DNA from: Candidatus Dormiibacterota bacterium
GTDB taxonomy: Bacteria > Chloroflexota > Dormibacteria > Aeolococcales > Aeolococcaceae
Direction: 5' to 3'
Length of the DNA stretch: 64,000 nucleotides
NCBI GenBank assembly: GCA_035552595.1
Contig: DASZKZ010000083.1
Span: 2,538 to 66,537, forward strand
Part shown: in pieces, positions 35,357-43,459 of the stretch
Numbering within the stretch: the first letter of the stretch is position 1
How the letters are laid out: every line of letters begins with the position of its first letter
Notes under the pieces: model-generated
What the model saw: the letters and a program-made list of their open reading frames with translations, nothing else
Told to the model about the DNA's origin: nothing
Database searches by the model: none
Translations under genes and position numbers: made by a program

Positions 35357-36480
35357 CCGCAGTTGATTCCGAGCAGGGCTCGGAGGGCCTGGGGCCTGGC
35401 GCCGGCTCGGGCCACCGCACGCCGGCTCAGCCAGGGGCGCCGCGCCATCACCAACGCCAGCGCGGTGACGCGGCTCCGATCGCGCCAGAGCTGCGCGTGA
35501 TCGCGGCGGTAGCGTGCCTCGGCGGTGCTGCGGTCGAGCTCGCCGGAGAGCTGGGCGGCGAGGTGGAGGCCGAGGCGTTCGGCGAGGAGCAGGCCGATGC
35601 CGATGCCCTCGCCGGTGGTGGGGTCGTCGTAGCCGGCCGCGTCCCCGACCAGGAACAGGCCCGCGTGCGCGACCGAGCCCGGACGCTGCCGGAACTGACC
35701 GGCGGCCAGCGGGGGGACGGCGAGCTCCGCGGTGCGCAGCTCCGGAAGGGCGGCGCGAGCCGCGGCCTCGTAGTCACGGGCGGTCACCCCGATGCGCGAC
35801 CTCGGGCCGAGGGTGGAGACGAGGAGCAGCTCCGTGCCCACCGGAGCCTGGTACCACTCCTGCTCCTCGGCAAAGGTCACCGTGATCCGATCCAGGCCGC
35901 CGAGGTCGACCCGCCAGTGCCCGGCGAGGCCATAGCGCCCGCCGCCGCGGGCGGGCCTGGTCAGGCCCGCGGCCGCCCGCACCGTGGAGTGAAGGCCGTC
36001 GGCGGCCACCACGGCACGGCCCAGCACGGGACCGCGGTCGGTGGTCACCCCCGTGACCAGCCCCGAGCCGTCACGGACGATGCCGCTGGCGCGAACGCCC
36101 TCGAGAAGCGTCACCCGCGGGGCCTGTCGGAGCGCGTCGACCAGCACCGAGTCGAAGACCGTCCGGCGCACCCCCAGGCCCCACCGCTCACCGCCGTGGC
36201 GCGGCGGCGGGAACGGGGCGTACGCGCGCGGTGAATCGCCGCCGTGGGTGTAGAGGACGCCGCGGATCGATGGCGCCGAGGTGGCGAGAACGTCGTCGAG
36301 CAGACCGAGGCGGCGAAGCACCCCGACCCCCGGCGGCATCAGCCCCTCGCCGCACGCCTTGTCGCGAGGGAATCGAGCGCGGTCGAGAACGGTCACCGGA
36401 TGTCCGGCCCGGCTGAGCACGAGGGCCGTGGCGGCGCCACTGGGGCCCGCCCCGACCACCACGGCGCCCGCCTCGCTCAT
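35299..36480 (-). CDS. FAD-dependent oxidoreductase (geranylgeranyl-reductase/aromatic hydroxylase-like)
   Basis: ATG 36480 (MSEAGAVVVGAGPSGAATALVL...). Has the GxGxxG dinucleotide fold, DKACGEGL and GDAAGYDDPTTGEGI. Its 3' end overlaps the ICMT gene by 58 nt (convergent). Confidence 0.8.
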   Translation of the reverse strand: MSEAGAVVVGAGPSGAATALVLSRAGHPVTVLDRARFPRDKACGEGLMPPGVGVLRRLGLLDDVLATSAPSIRGVLYTHGGDSPRAYAPFPPPRHGGERWGLGVRRTVFDSVLVDALRQAPRVTLLEGVRASGIVRDGSGLVTGVTTDRGPVLGRAVVAADGLHSTVRAAAGLTRPARGGGRYGLAGHWRVDLGGLDRITVTFAEEQEWYQAPVGTELLLVSTLGPRSRIGVTARDYEAAARAALPELRTAELAVPPLAAGQFRQRPGSVAHAGLFLVGDAAGYDDPTTGEGIGIGLLLAERLGLHLAAQLSGELDRSTAEARYRRDHAQLWRDRSRVTALALVMARRPWLSRRAVARAGARPQALRALLGINCGYWGFGRLTPRDWASLAGF

Positions 36481-36582
36481 CTCCGCATCATCTCCGCATC
36501 CACGATCGGCCGGCGATGCGTGCGTCCGGCCTCCGCCCGTGGCAGAGTCGGGGAGGATTCGCCGACCGGCAGGGAGAGGATC

Positions 36583-37383
36583 ATGGCCAGGACACTCTTT
36601 CGCGAGCTCGCCGAGATCGTCCGCCTGGAGAGGGGCCGCCACCGCAGCCCGCAGGATGGCGTGTGCACCATGGAGCTGGTCGCCTGGATGGCCGGAGAGA
36701 AGCACAGCGACCACCCCCGGTCGGCATCCCCGGTGATCGCAACCTTCATCCGCTCCTTCAACGATGCCCTGGACGGCGCCGATCGCCAGCACCTGGCGGC
36801 GCTCGCCGCACGCATGATCGGCACTCGGGGCGGTGACCAGGACGAGGTGCTGCGCCGCCAGATCCTCTGGGACTGGATGGTCTCCGTGGCACTGCCCACC
36901 TGGCTGGCCGCCGCCGGCCGGCCGGACCTGGCCGCGTCCGTCGCCGCGGGCCGCGCCGGCGCTCTCGATGCCGCCGTCGCCGCCATGGATGCGTACGGCC
37001 AGGTGCTGGTGCGTCCCGTCGACGACCATCGCACCGCGGAAACCGTCACCGGGGCGCTCGGCATCGCGGGCATCACGGGAGCGTGCCTGGCGGGCAGAGA
37101 CGCTGCTGACCGCGTCGTCGGACCTCGCGCCCGCCGCCACTGGGAGGCCGCTCGAGTGCTGGCGCGCACCGCCGTGTGGTCGCTCGCCGAGATGGAGCTC
37201 GAGCCGGCCGGCAGGGATGCAACCTCCGCGGTGTGGCGGACCGCCCGCTTGCTCCGCGACAGCGCCTTCGTCGTCCTCGACCGCCTCGTCGGCGTGTCGG
37301 AGCCGCCGCCGCCGCCGCCTCCTCCTCCTCCCGTGGTCGACCGAGCGCGCACGCCGGGGCGCATCGAATCCGCCACCGTGTGA
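36583..37383 (+). CDS. Hypothetical protein with C-terminal Pro10 tract
   Basis: ATG 36583 with AGGGAGAGGA just upstream. 266 aa, Ala/Arg-rich and helical-looking. P10 is encoded at 37303..37332. No motif recognised. Confidence 0.5.
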   Translation: MARTLFRELAEIVRLERGRHRSPQDGVCTMELVAWMAGEKHSDHPRSASPVIATFIRSFNDALDGADRQHLAALAARMIGTRGGDQDEVLRRQILWDWMVSVALPTWLAAAGRPDLAASVAAGRAGALDAAVAAMDAYGQVLVRPVDDHRTAETVTGALGIAGITGACLAGRDAADRVVGPRARRHWEAARVLARTAVWSLAEMELEPAGRDATSAVWRTARLLRDSAFVVLDRLVGVSEPPPPPPPPPPVVDRARTPGRIESATV

Positions 37384-37505
37384 GGCGCGCCGGCTCGCGG
37401 TGCGGCGCCGGGAGGCGCTGAGCGGCGTATCCCTCGGTCGTCCATCCCCGTTGCAGGGTCAGACGCGCCACTCGCGCCGACTCGACCCGCACCAGGGAGC
37501 ACCTC

Positions 37506-38783
37506 GTGAACGCCAAGCGCCTCACCCTGATCGTCGCCACCGGCCTGGCGGCGACCGGTTGCGGGGTCACCGCCACCGTCCTCGGCCCGGCACAGCGCAA
37601 CACCTCCACCGCGGCCGCCCTGCTGGCCTCGAGGCAGAGCGCCACCGCCGCCACCGCCACGCCCGCACCGACGCCGCCCGCCGCCGCGTCGTCGCCGCCT
37701 CCGTCTCCCTCGCGGGCCACCCCGGCGGCGACCCCCGCCCCGGCGCCACCGCCTCCGCCTCCGCAGGTGGTGGTCACCGCCGCCGAGAGCAACGTCTCAG
37801 GTCCGACGTTCCAGGTCACGCTGGTCAGCACCAGGGGCACCGTCCTGGCCTCTGCGGCGGTCCCCGCCGACGCACGCTGGACCGTCGGGGCGGGAGGCGG
37901 TGCCGCGTACTGGGTCACCGGCGGCAGCCTGCAGCGTCTCGGCACCAGCGGAGCGGTGAGCACGCTCGCCACCGTCCCGGCCACGCAGAACGGCAGGGTG
38001 GTGGTGTCGCCAGACGGCTCCCAGTGGGCCTTCTCCACCACCACGCAGGATGGGCACGGGGTGGCCAGCAACCGCCTCTACCGCGGCGGCGGCGCTGAGG
38101 CGACCCAGCTGGTCGCTCAGCGCGACTCCGATCCCGCCCATCCCAGCGCGGACGCGCCCCCGTCCTGGCAGTACTACCCGATCGCGTGGACGGCCCAGGG
38201 CATCCTCGTCGAGCGGCAGCCACTCGGCGGTTGCGGTTGCGGCACGCCCTTCGACATGGAGATGACCGCCGGATACTCCGCCGTCATCGACCCCGTCACC
38301 GGCACCGCCACACCGGTGACGGCGTCCGACACCTGCCCGCTGTCCGGCATCGGGGCGGACGGCACAGCGGCGTGCTTCAAGGTGTCCTCGACCGGAGGAT
38401 CCGCGAGCATCGACTTCCTCACCAGCCTGCATCTCACCGCGCGGTACGCGCTGTCGGGGACGACCAGCGGCGGCGACGCCACCTTCCACGGCTCCACGGT
38501 TGCCTACGCCACGGTGCCGAAGGACGCGGGAGGATGCGGCGGTCCGGACTGGAGGCCGGTGACGACACTGCATGTCATGGACGTGAGCACCGGGGACGCG
38601 CGCGCCATCGGCCCCCTCGGACTGGCCCCGGTCGCCTGGTTGAACACGGGGCTCATCCTGGGCACGCGTACGGTTGCCGGCGCCAACGGCGCCTCGACCA
38701 GCTCCGTGGTGGTGGTGGACCCGGCCAGCGGTCACGTGGCCACCATCCTCAGCAGCTCGACGACGGTGGTCGGGATCGCCTGA
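37506..38783 (+). CDS. Predicted lipoprotein with Pro/Ala/Thr-rich linker and beta-rich (propeller-like) body
   Basis: GTG 37506. Signal peptide and lipobox LAATGCG. Low-complexity linker (PAPTPPAAASSPPPSPS...PPPPPPQ). The body has repeated Gly/Thr/Ser beta-strand-like segments and paired Cys (GGCGCG, GGCGG). Confidence 0.6.
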   Translation: MNAKRLTLIVATGLAATGCGVTATVLGPAQRNTSTAAALLASRQSATAATATPAPTPPAAASSPPPSPSRATPAATPAPAPPPPPPQVVVTAAESNVSGPTFQVTLVSTRGTVLASAAVPADARWTVGAGGGAAYWVTGGSLQRLGTSGAVSTLATVPATQNGRVVVSPDGSQWAFSTTTQDGHGVASNRLYRGGGAEATQLVAQRDSDPAHPSADAPPSWQYYPIAWTAQGILVERQPLGGCGCGTPFDMEMTAGYSAVIDPVTGTATPVTASDTCPLSGIGADGTAACFKVSSTGGSASIDFLTSLHLTARYALSGTTSGGDATFHGSTVAYATVPKDAGGCGGPDWRPVTTLHVMDVSTGDARAIGPLGLAPVAWLNTGLILGTRTVAGANGASTSSVVVVDPASGHVATILSSSTTVVGIA

Positions 38784-38808
38784 CCGAGCTCGTGTCAGCA
38801 GGGCTCCG

Positions 38809-38814
38809 TAGAAT
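38809..38814 (+). promoter_or_regulatory. Candidate -10 hexamer TAGAAT, 9 nt upstream of the ATG at 38824
   Basis: Read directly. The spacing leaves no room for a leader with an SD, suggesting a leaderless or near-leaderless mRNA. No convincing -35. Confidence 0.3.
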
Positions 38815-38823
38815 GCCGCTGAC

Positions 38824-40182
38824 ATGGGCGACGCTCCTCCGACGACCGTTGCCGTCGTCGGGTTCGGCCGTTTCGGACGGCTGTGGGCGTCGATGCTCCG
38901 TGACGATTGGGATGTCGCCGTCTACGACTCCGCGCCCGAGATTCGCGAGCACGCGGCGGGGCAGGGATTCGCGGTGGGGTCACTGCGCTCCGCGCTGTCG
39001 TGCGACGTGATCTTCTACTGCGTGCCCATCTCAGCGTTCGAGGCAACGCTGCGAGAGCACCTGCCGTACTTCGCCGAGTCCGCGAGAGCTCCGACGCTGG
39101 TCGACGTGCTCTCCGTCAAGGTGCATCCGCGCGACGTGTTCGATCGCCTTCTGCCGGCCCCGCACCAGGCGATGCTCACCCATCCCATGTTCGGTCCCGA
39201 CAGCGTGGCGGTCGGCGGCCTGGCCGGACAGACCATCGTTCTCGACCGCTACCGGATGGCGGAGGCCGGGTTCGCGCGGTGGCACGAGTACTTCGCGAGC
39301 AAGGGCCTGGCGGTGGTGCTGATGAGCGCGGACGAGCACGACCGCCTTGCCGCGGAGAGCCAGGGCGTGACCCACTCCGTCGGCCGGACGCTGGAGCGCT
39401 TCGGCTTCACCCCGACCGCGATCGACACATTGGGGACCAAGATGCTTCACGACATCACCGCCCAGGTGGCCCACGACACCGAGCAGCTCTTCGTCGATCT
39501 CCAGACGCGCAACCCGTTCACCGGCGCCATGCGCGTGCGCCTCTCGGAGGCACAGGACTCGGTCTTCGATCAGCTCCTCCCCAACCGCGTGGTGACGGAC
39601 CGGATGGTGATCGGGATCCAGGGCGGCCGGGGCAGCTTCAACGAGGAGGCGGCGCGTCACTTCATGAGCCGGACGCCCGATGTCCCCCACGAGCTCGTCT
39701 ACCTGCACACCACGGAGAGGGTGCTGCGAGCGCTCCACGAGGGGCGGGTCGATCGCGGCCAGTTCGCCATCCACAACTCCGCCGGGGGGATGGTCCGCGA
39801 GTCCGTCGACGCCATGGCGCGCTATCGCTTCGCCATCGTCGAGGAGTTCGCCATCAAGATCTCCCACGCGCTGATGGTGTCGCCCCGCGCAGACGTTGCC
39901 GCCGTCGACACCGTCATGACGCATCCGCAGGTCCTCGCCCAGTGCCGCACCAGCCTGGGGAGCAGGTACCCGCAGCTCCGCCAGACCAGCGGGGAGGGCG
40001 ACATGATCGACCACGCCAAGGTGGCGGAGCTTCTCGGAGCCGGCTCGCTGCCGGACAGCGTCGCCACCATGGGGAGCAGGGTTCTCGCGGACCTGTACAG
40101 CCTGCGCGTCATCGAGGATGACCTCCAGGACCTCGACGAGAACTTCACCAGCTTCCTGTGGGTCGAGCGCCCGGGAGGCTGA
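38824..40182 (+). CDS. Fusion: prephenate/arogenate dehydrogenase (TyrA) + ACT-less prephenate dehydratase-like (PDT-like) domain
   Basis: aa 1-250: VAVVGFGRFGRLW (GxGxxG) and THPMFGP (TyrA catalytic His motif). aa 261-452: PDT fold (IGIQGGRGSFNEEAA, THPQVLAQC). Canonical IENS reads IHNS and TRF reads TSF. No ACT domain follows. Confidence 0.8.
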   Translation: MGDAPPTTVAVVGFGRFGRLWASMLRDDWDVAVYDSAPEIREHAAGQGFAVGSLRSALSCDVIFYCVPISAFEATLREHLPYFAESARAPTLVDVLSVKVHPRDVFDRLLPAPHQAMLTHPMFGPDSVAVGGLAGQTIVLDRYRMAEAGFARWHEYFASKGLAVVLMSADEHDRLAAESQGVTHSVGRTLERFGFTPTAIDTLGTKMLHDITAQVAHDTEQLFVDLQTRNPFTGAMRVRLSEAQDSVFDQLLPNRVVTDRMVIGIQGGRGSFNEEAARHFMSRTPDVPHELVYLHTTERVLRALHEGRVDRGQFAIHNSAGGMVRESVDAMARYRFAIVEEFAIKISHALMVSPRADVAAVDTVMTHPQVLAQCRTSLGSRYPQLRQTSGEGDMIDHAKVAELLGAGSLPDSVATMGSRVLADLYSLRVIEDDLQDLDENFTSFLWVERPGG

Positions 40183-40186
40183 GGTG

Positions 40187-42229
40187 TCAGGCGGCGGGAC
40201 CGACCGCCTCCAGGCTGCGCATGAGACCGAGAAAGTCTCCGAACGACAGGCTCTGGGCCGCATCCGACAGCGCCTTGTCCGGGTCGGGGTGGACCTCGAT
40301 GAGAAGCCCGTGCGCGCCCGCCGCCCGCGCCGCCCTGGCCATGGGGGCAACGTAGGGACGGTAGCCGGTGCCGTGACTGGGGTCGACGATGACGGGGAGG
40401 TGGGTGCGCTCCCGGAGCACAGGGATCGCCGACAGGTCCAGCGTATTTCTCGTGCTGGTCTCGAAGGTTCGGATGCCGCGCTCACAGAGCATCACCTGCT
40501 GGTTGCCGATCGCCAGGATGTATTCGGCCGCGCCCAGCCACTCCTCGATGGTGCTGGAGAGGCCGCGCTTCAGGAGGATGGGGCGGTCCACCTTGCCGAG
40601 CTCGCGGAGGAGGTCGAAGTTCTGCATGTTCCTGGCGCCGACCTGGAGAACGTCGACCAGCTCGGCCATGCGATGGACCTGGTCGACCGCCATGACCTCG
40701 CTGATGATGGGCATGCCGCAGGCCCTCCCTGCCGCGGCGAGGAGCTCGAGCCCCTCCCATCCCATGCCCTGGAAGGCGTAGGGCGAGGTGCGCGGCTTGA
40801 ACACCCCGCCGCGAAGAATCTGCGCACCCGCCTCGCGCACCGCCTTGGCGGTGGTGGTGATCTGTTCCGCGGACTCCACCGAGCAGGGGCCGGCCATGAC
40901 CACGAAACCCGCTCCTCCAACCAGGATCCCCCCCACCGGGATCACGGTGTCGGCGGCGCGCGCGGCGCGTCCGGCGAGCCGGTAGTTGCTCGACGCCTTG
41001 ACGTGCGGCCCTCCCGTCACGACGGCCTCGAGCACATCGACGCCGGCGGGCTCGGAGACCAGAGGCGTGGCGTTGCCGGGCTGGACATCGACCCTGGTCG
41101 TCTTCGCCGGGTAGCTCCCCAGCACCTTGAGGTGCAGGGATGTCGAGCGCAGGTCGTCGAGCGCGCTGGTGGTGCGGGGGTCGGCGACGTTGCCCTCGAA
41201 GTCGAGGAAGAACATGTACTCCCAGGGACGTCCGGGGCGGGGTCGTGACTCGAGCTTGGTCATGGAGTGGCCGCTGCTGCCGATCACATCGAGGGACCGC
41301 ATCAGCGCGCCCTGCTCGTGGCGGGTCACGAAGATCAGGCTGGTCTTGCACGGCGCATTGAGAGGAACGGCGACCGGGTGGCGGGCGAGGACGACGAAGC
41401 GCGTGTAGTTCTCGGGCTGGTTGGTGATGCCCCGGCGCAGCACCTGCAACCCGTGCGCCGCGGCCGCTTCCGGCGCGCCGATGGCCACCTGGGTGGGATC
41501 GCCGTCATGCGCCACCGTGCGCATCGCCTCGCCGGCATCGAAATGGAGGACAGGGCTGGCTCTCGACATCGCCTGGACGAACGCGGAGCACTGCTCCAAC
41601 CCGTCGAGATCGGAGAGCACATGCCTGATGGCGCCGAGCGGGATCTCGCCGACGCCCGCGAGGCAATGGTCGACGCTCCACGTCTCCTCGCCGACGATCG
41701 ACACGTCGTTCTCGCGGAGGAGGTCGTAGACCTCGTTGATGCTCCCGGCGATGGTGTTCTCGATGGGCAGGATGGCGAGGTCCACGTCGCCGGCTCGGAG
41801 GGCGGCGACGGCTGCCTGATGGGTGCGTGAGGCGACGAGCTCGCCGTCGCGCTCGCTGCCCGCGAGGTACTTCTGAGCGGCCAGCGCGCCGAACGTGAGC
41901 TCCGCTCCCTGAACGGCCACGCGGATGCGCTCGTGGCGCGCGTGCCCGGTCTGGCTGGCGACCTGGCGGCTCACCGACTCGCCGAGCAGATCACGGTACA
42001 TGCGGCGAACCAGGTTGACGGGCGCGCCCTCAGCGCGAGCGATCTGCTCCACCGCTTCGATGACCTGGCGCTCTCGCTCGGGATCACGGATGGCGGCATC
42101 GGAGCTCGCCTTCTCCCTGCTCACCCCGGCAACCACCCGAAAGCGCTCGGCGATCAGCTCGACGATCCTCTTGTCGAGGTCGCTGAGGCGTTCCCGCAGG
42201 GCGGGCAGCGGGGCATCGGCGTCAGACAC
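40187..42229 (-). CDS. Four-domain fusion: chorismate mutase (AroQ) + prephenate dehydratase + ACT + type I-beta DAHP synthase
   Basis: GTG 42229. aa 1-90: CM_2 ([20 protein letters not shown]...IRDPERE). aa 101-283: PDT ([28 protein letters not shown]). aa 295-372: ACT ([22 protein letters not shown]). aa ~416-680: DAHPS I-beta ([58 protein letters not shown]). Confidence 0.85.
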   Translation of the reverse strand: MSDADAPLPALRERLSDLDKRIVELIAERFRVVAGVSREKASSDAAIRDPERERQVIEAVEQIARAEGAPVNLVRRMYRDLLGESVSRQVASQTGHARHERIRVAVQGAELTFGALAAQKYLAGSERDGELVASRTHQAAVAALRAGDVDLAILPIENTIAGSINEVYDLLRENDVSIVGEETWSVDHCLAGVGEIPLGAIRHVLSDLDGLEQCSAFVQAMSRASPVLHFDAGEAMRTVAHDGDPTQVAIGAPEAAAAHGLQVLRRGITNQPENYTRFVVLARHPVAVPLNAPCKTSLIFVTRHEQGALMRSLDVIGSSGHSMTKLESRPRPGRPWEYMFFLDFEGNVADPRTTSALDDLRSTSLHLKVLGSYPAKTTRVDVQPGNATPLVSEPAGVDVLEAVVTGGPHVKASSNYRLAGRAARAADTVIPVGGILVGGAGFVVMAGPCSVESAEQITTTAKAVREAGAQILRGGVFKPRTSPYAFQGMGWEGLELLAAAGRACGMPIISEVMAVDQVHRMAELVDVLQVGARNMQNFDLLRELGKVDRPILLKRGLSSTIEEWLGAAEYILAIGNQQVMLCERGIRTFETSTRNTLDLSAIPVLRERTHLPVIVDPSHGTGYRPYVAPMARAARAAGAHGLLIEVHPDPDKALSDAAQSLSFGDFLGLMRSLEAVGPAA

Positions 42230-42293
42230 AGGGCTGCAGTCTACGGTCCCGCTGAGTTGCGAGGCATTGGCTCACCGGCGCCGCCATGCCCAG

Positions 42294-43184
42294 CTACAGG
42301 TCGATGCACCTGCGCAGGCCCTCTGTCGAGGGCACGAAGTAGTAGGCGCCGGTCAACGGCCGCGCGTAGCGGGTGAGCGCGTCGCGAGCGCCGTCGTTCA
42401 CTCCCGCCATGCTCTCCAGCATCGCCGCCAGCCGCCGCTGCTCGGCGCTGAAGCCCACGAACATGGTGCCGTGGTCGCCGGCGTTCCCGTACGGCATGTT
42501 GCGCCGGAAGACCTTGCCGAAACGGTCCTGGTCGGTGCGCGCCACATGGGACTCGGGTGCCTGGTCATCGAGCTCGGCGCTGTCGTCCTTGGCGCGCCCC
42601 ATCACCCGCTCCTGCTCGGCGCCCGGCAGTGACTCCCACGCGGTGCTGTCGTGGCTCCACGTCTGCAGCAGGAGCACGGTGCCGCCCGCACCGGGGCCCC
42701 CGTCGGGAATCAACGCGACCTGGGGCGCGTCCATCAGGCTGGGGTTCTCGGTGCCGTCGATGAAACCGGTGAGATCGCGGTCATGCCGGTAGGGCCAGCT
42801 CACCGCCTCGTCGGCAACCGACGCGGCGCTGTGCAGCGCGGCGATGGCATCGCGCGCCGCGTCGAAGATGACGTCATAGGCGCTGCCGGAGAGCCACAGC
42901 ACGGCGTCGTGCTGGGTCGCGGGCATGGCATAGCCGTCTGGCCCGAGCAGGTCGCTGTTGAACCCCTCCACGCCTGGAGGGGCGTCATCGGGCAGCAGCT
43001 CACGCCACAGCTCGGGGCGGAAGCCCGCGACCAGGTTGACGCCGCCGATGGTGGTGCGCGGCTCACGCAGGGAGGCGGCGGCGATGAGCAGGTCGCGCGC
43101 GGCACCGCGGTCGCGGAGGTCGAACTGCAGGTACGTGTGCGACGCCGTCCCCAGGGCGAAGAGGCCGCTCTGCGGAGTGGTCAT
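42294..43184 (-). CDS. Dye-decolorizing (DyP-type) peroxidase, cytoplasmic YfeX/EfeB-like class
   Basis: GFIDGTENP (GxxDG) motif, distal D/R context, 296 aa, no signal or Tat motif. Confidence 0.85.
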   Translation of the reverse strand: MTTPQSGLFALGTASHTYLQFDLRDRGAARDLLIAAASLREPRTTIGGVNLVAGFRPELWRELLPDDAPPGVEGFNSDLLGPDGYAMPATQHDAVLWLSGSAYDVIFDAARDAIAALHSAASVADEAVSWPYRHDRDLTGFIDGTENPSLMDAPQVALIPDGGPGAGGTVLLLQTWSHDSTAWESLPGAEQERVMGRAKDDSAELDDQAPESHVARTDQDRFGKVFRRNMPYGNAGDHGTMFVGFSAEQRRLAAMLESMAGVNDGARDALTRYARPLTGAYYFVPSTEGLRRCIDL

Positions 43185-43282
43185 GGGGCGATCATGATCG
43201 AGCCGGTGCCGGGATGTCCCGGGTCGCGCCCGTCCCGTTGCCGGAGCGCGATGGCCACTGGGGTGCCCCGCCCGTACGAAAC

Positions 43283-43317
43283 GTCACCCAATGTGACTGA
43301 ACCGTCAATTGCGTGAC
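43283..43317. promoter_or_regulatory. Two adjacent short inverted repeats (GTCAC-N5-GTGAC and GTCA-N6-TGAC) in the DyP/bcsA-like divergent region
   Basis: Read directly: GTCACCCAATGTGAC at 43283..43297 and GTCAATTGCGTGAC at 43304..43317, inside a relatively AT-rich patch. Confidence 0.3.
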
Positions 43318-43459
43318 ATGCGCTGATCGCTCCAAACAATTCTGCGACCGGCTCGTCCCTCCTCCGCGGCCTCCACGCGGAGATGCTCGGGGAGTTGCCC
43401 AGGCGCGTCGCGACCACGCGTCCACAGGAGATCGCGAGCCTGGGCAGAGAGGAGAACGC

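Noticed and set aside
37303-37332. Tandem trinucleotide repeats: (CCG)5(CCT)4CCC here and (CAG/CAA)6 at 20177..20194. Considered as repeat arrays or CRISPR-like features.
   Set aside because: They are in-frame coding microsatellites (Pro10, Gln6) of 30 and 18 bp. There is no repeat-spacer architecture anywhere in the window.
37387-37408. GC hairpin (GCGCCG-N10-CGGCGC) just after the stop at 37383, considered as an intrinsic terminator.
   Set aside because: The stem is only 6 bp with a 10-nt loop and has no U-tract. Such hairpins are frequent by chance in this base composition.
42236-42244. GCAGTCTAC 9-mer also present at 17845..17853, both just upstream of start codons. Considered as a shared regulatory motif linking the ATP-grasp locus and the aromatic fusion gene.
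   Set aside because: A single 9-mer recurrence on either strand of 64 kb is about as likely as not by chance. The flanks do not match, and only the 17845 copy has an inverted partner.
42222-42287. 21-codon uORF ([21 protein letters not shown]) in the leader of the CM-PDT-ACT-DAHPS gene, ending in a TGA that overlaps the GTG start. Considered as a Phe-attenuation leader peptide.
   Set aside because: It contains no Phe, Tyr or Trp codons and no SD, and I saw no terminator/antiterminator alternative. Probably fortuitous, although termination-reinitiation coupling cannot be excluded.
33621-43184. One large secondary-metabolite cluster joining the type III PKS genes with the DAHPS/CM/TyrA fusions and DyP. 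Such a cluster would supply shikimate precursors, as seen in glycopeptide or phenazine clusters.
   Set aside because: There is no NRPS, CoA-ligase, ammonia-lyase or tailoring gene linking the two parts. Two unrelated unknown genes and several strand switches separate them. The PKS set is already explained by the self-contained srsABC-type module. Kept only as a remote possibility.
43185-43459. Possible c-di-GMP riboswitch (GEMM-I/II) in the 275-nt region before the PilZ-containing synthase gene.
   Set aside because: I could not find the conserved GEMM blocks (for example the GCAAA..CGAAAGG..GACGCAAAGCC-type tetraloop/receptor elements). Only short inverted repeats are present. A covariance-model scan would settle it.
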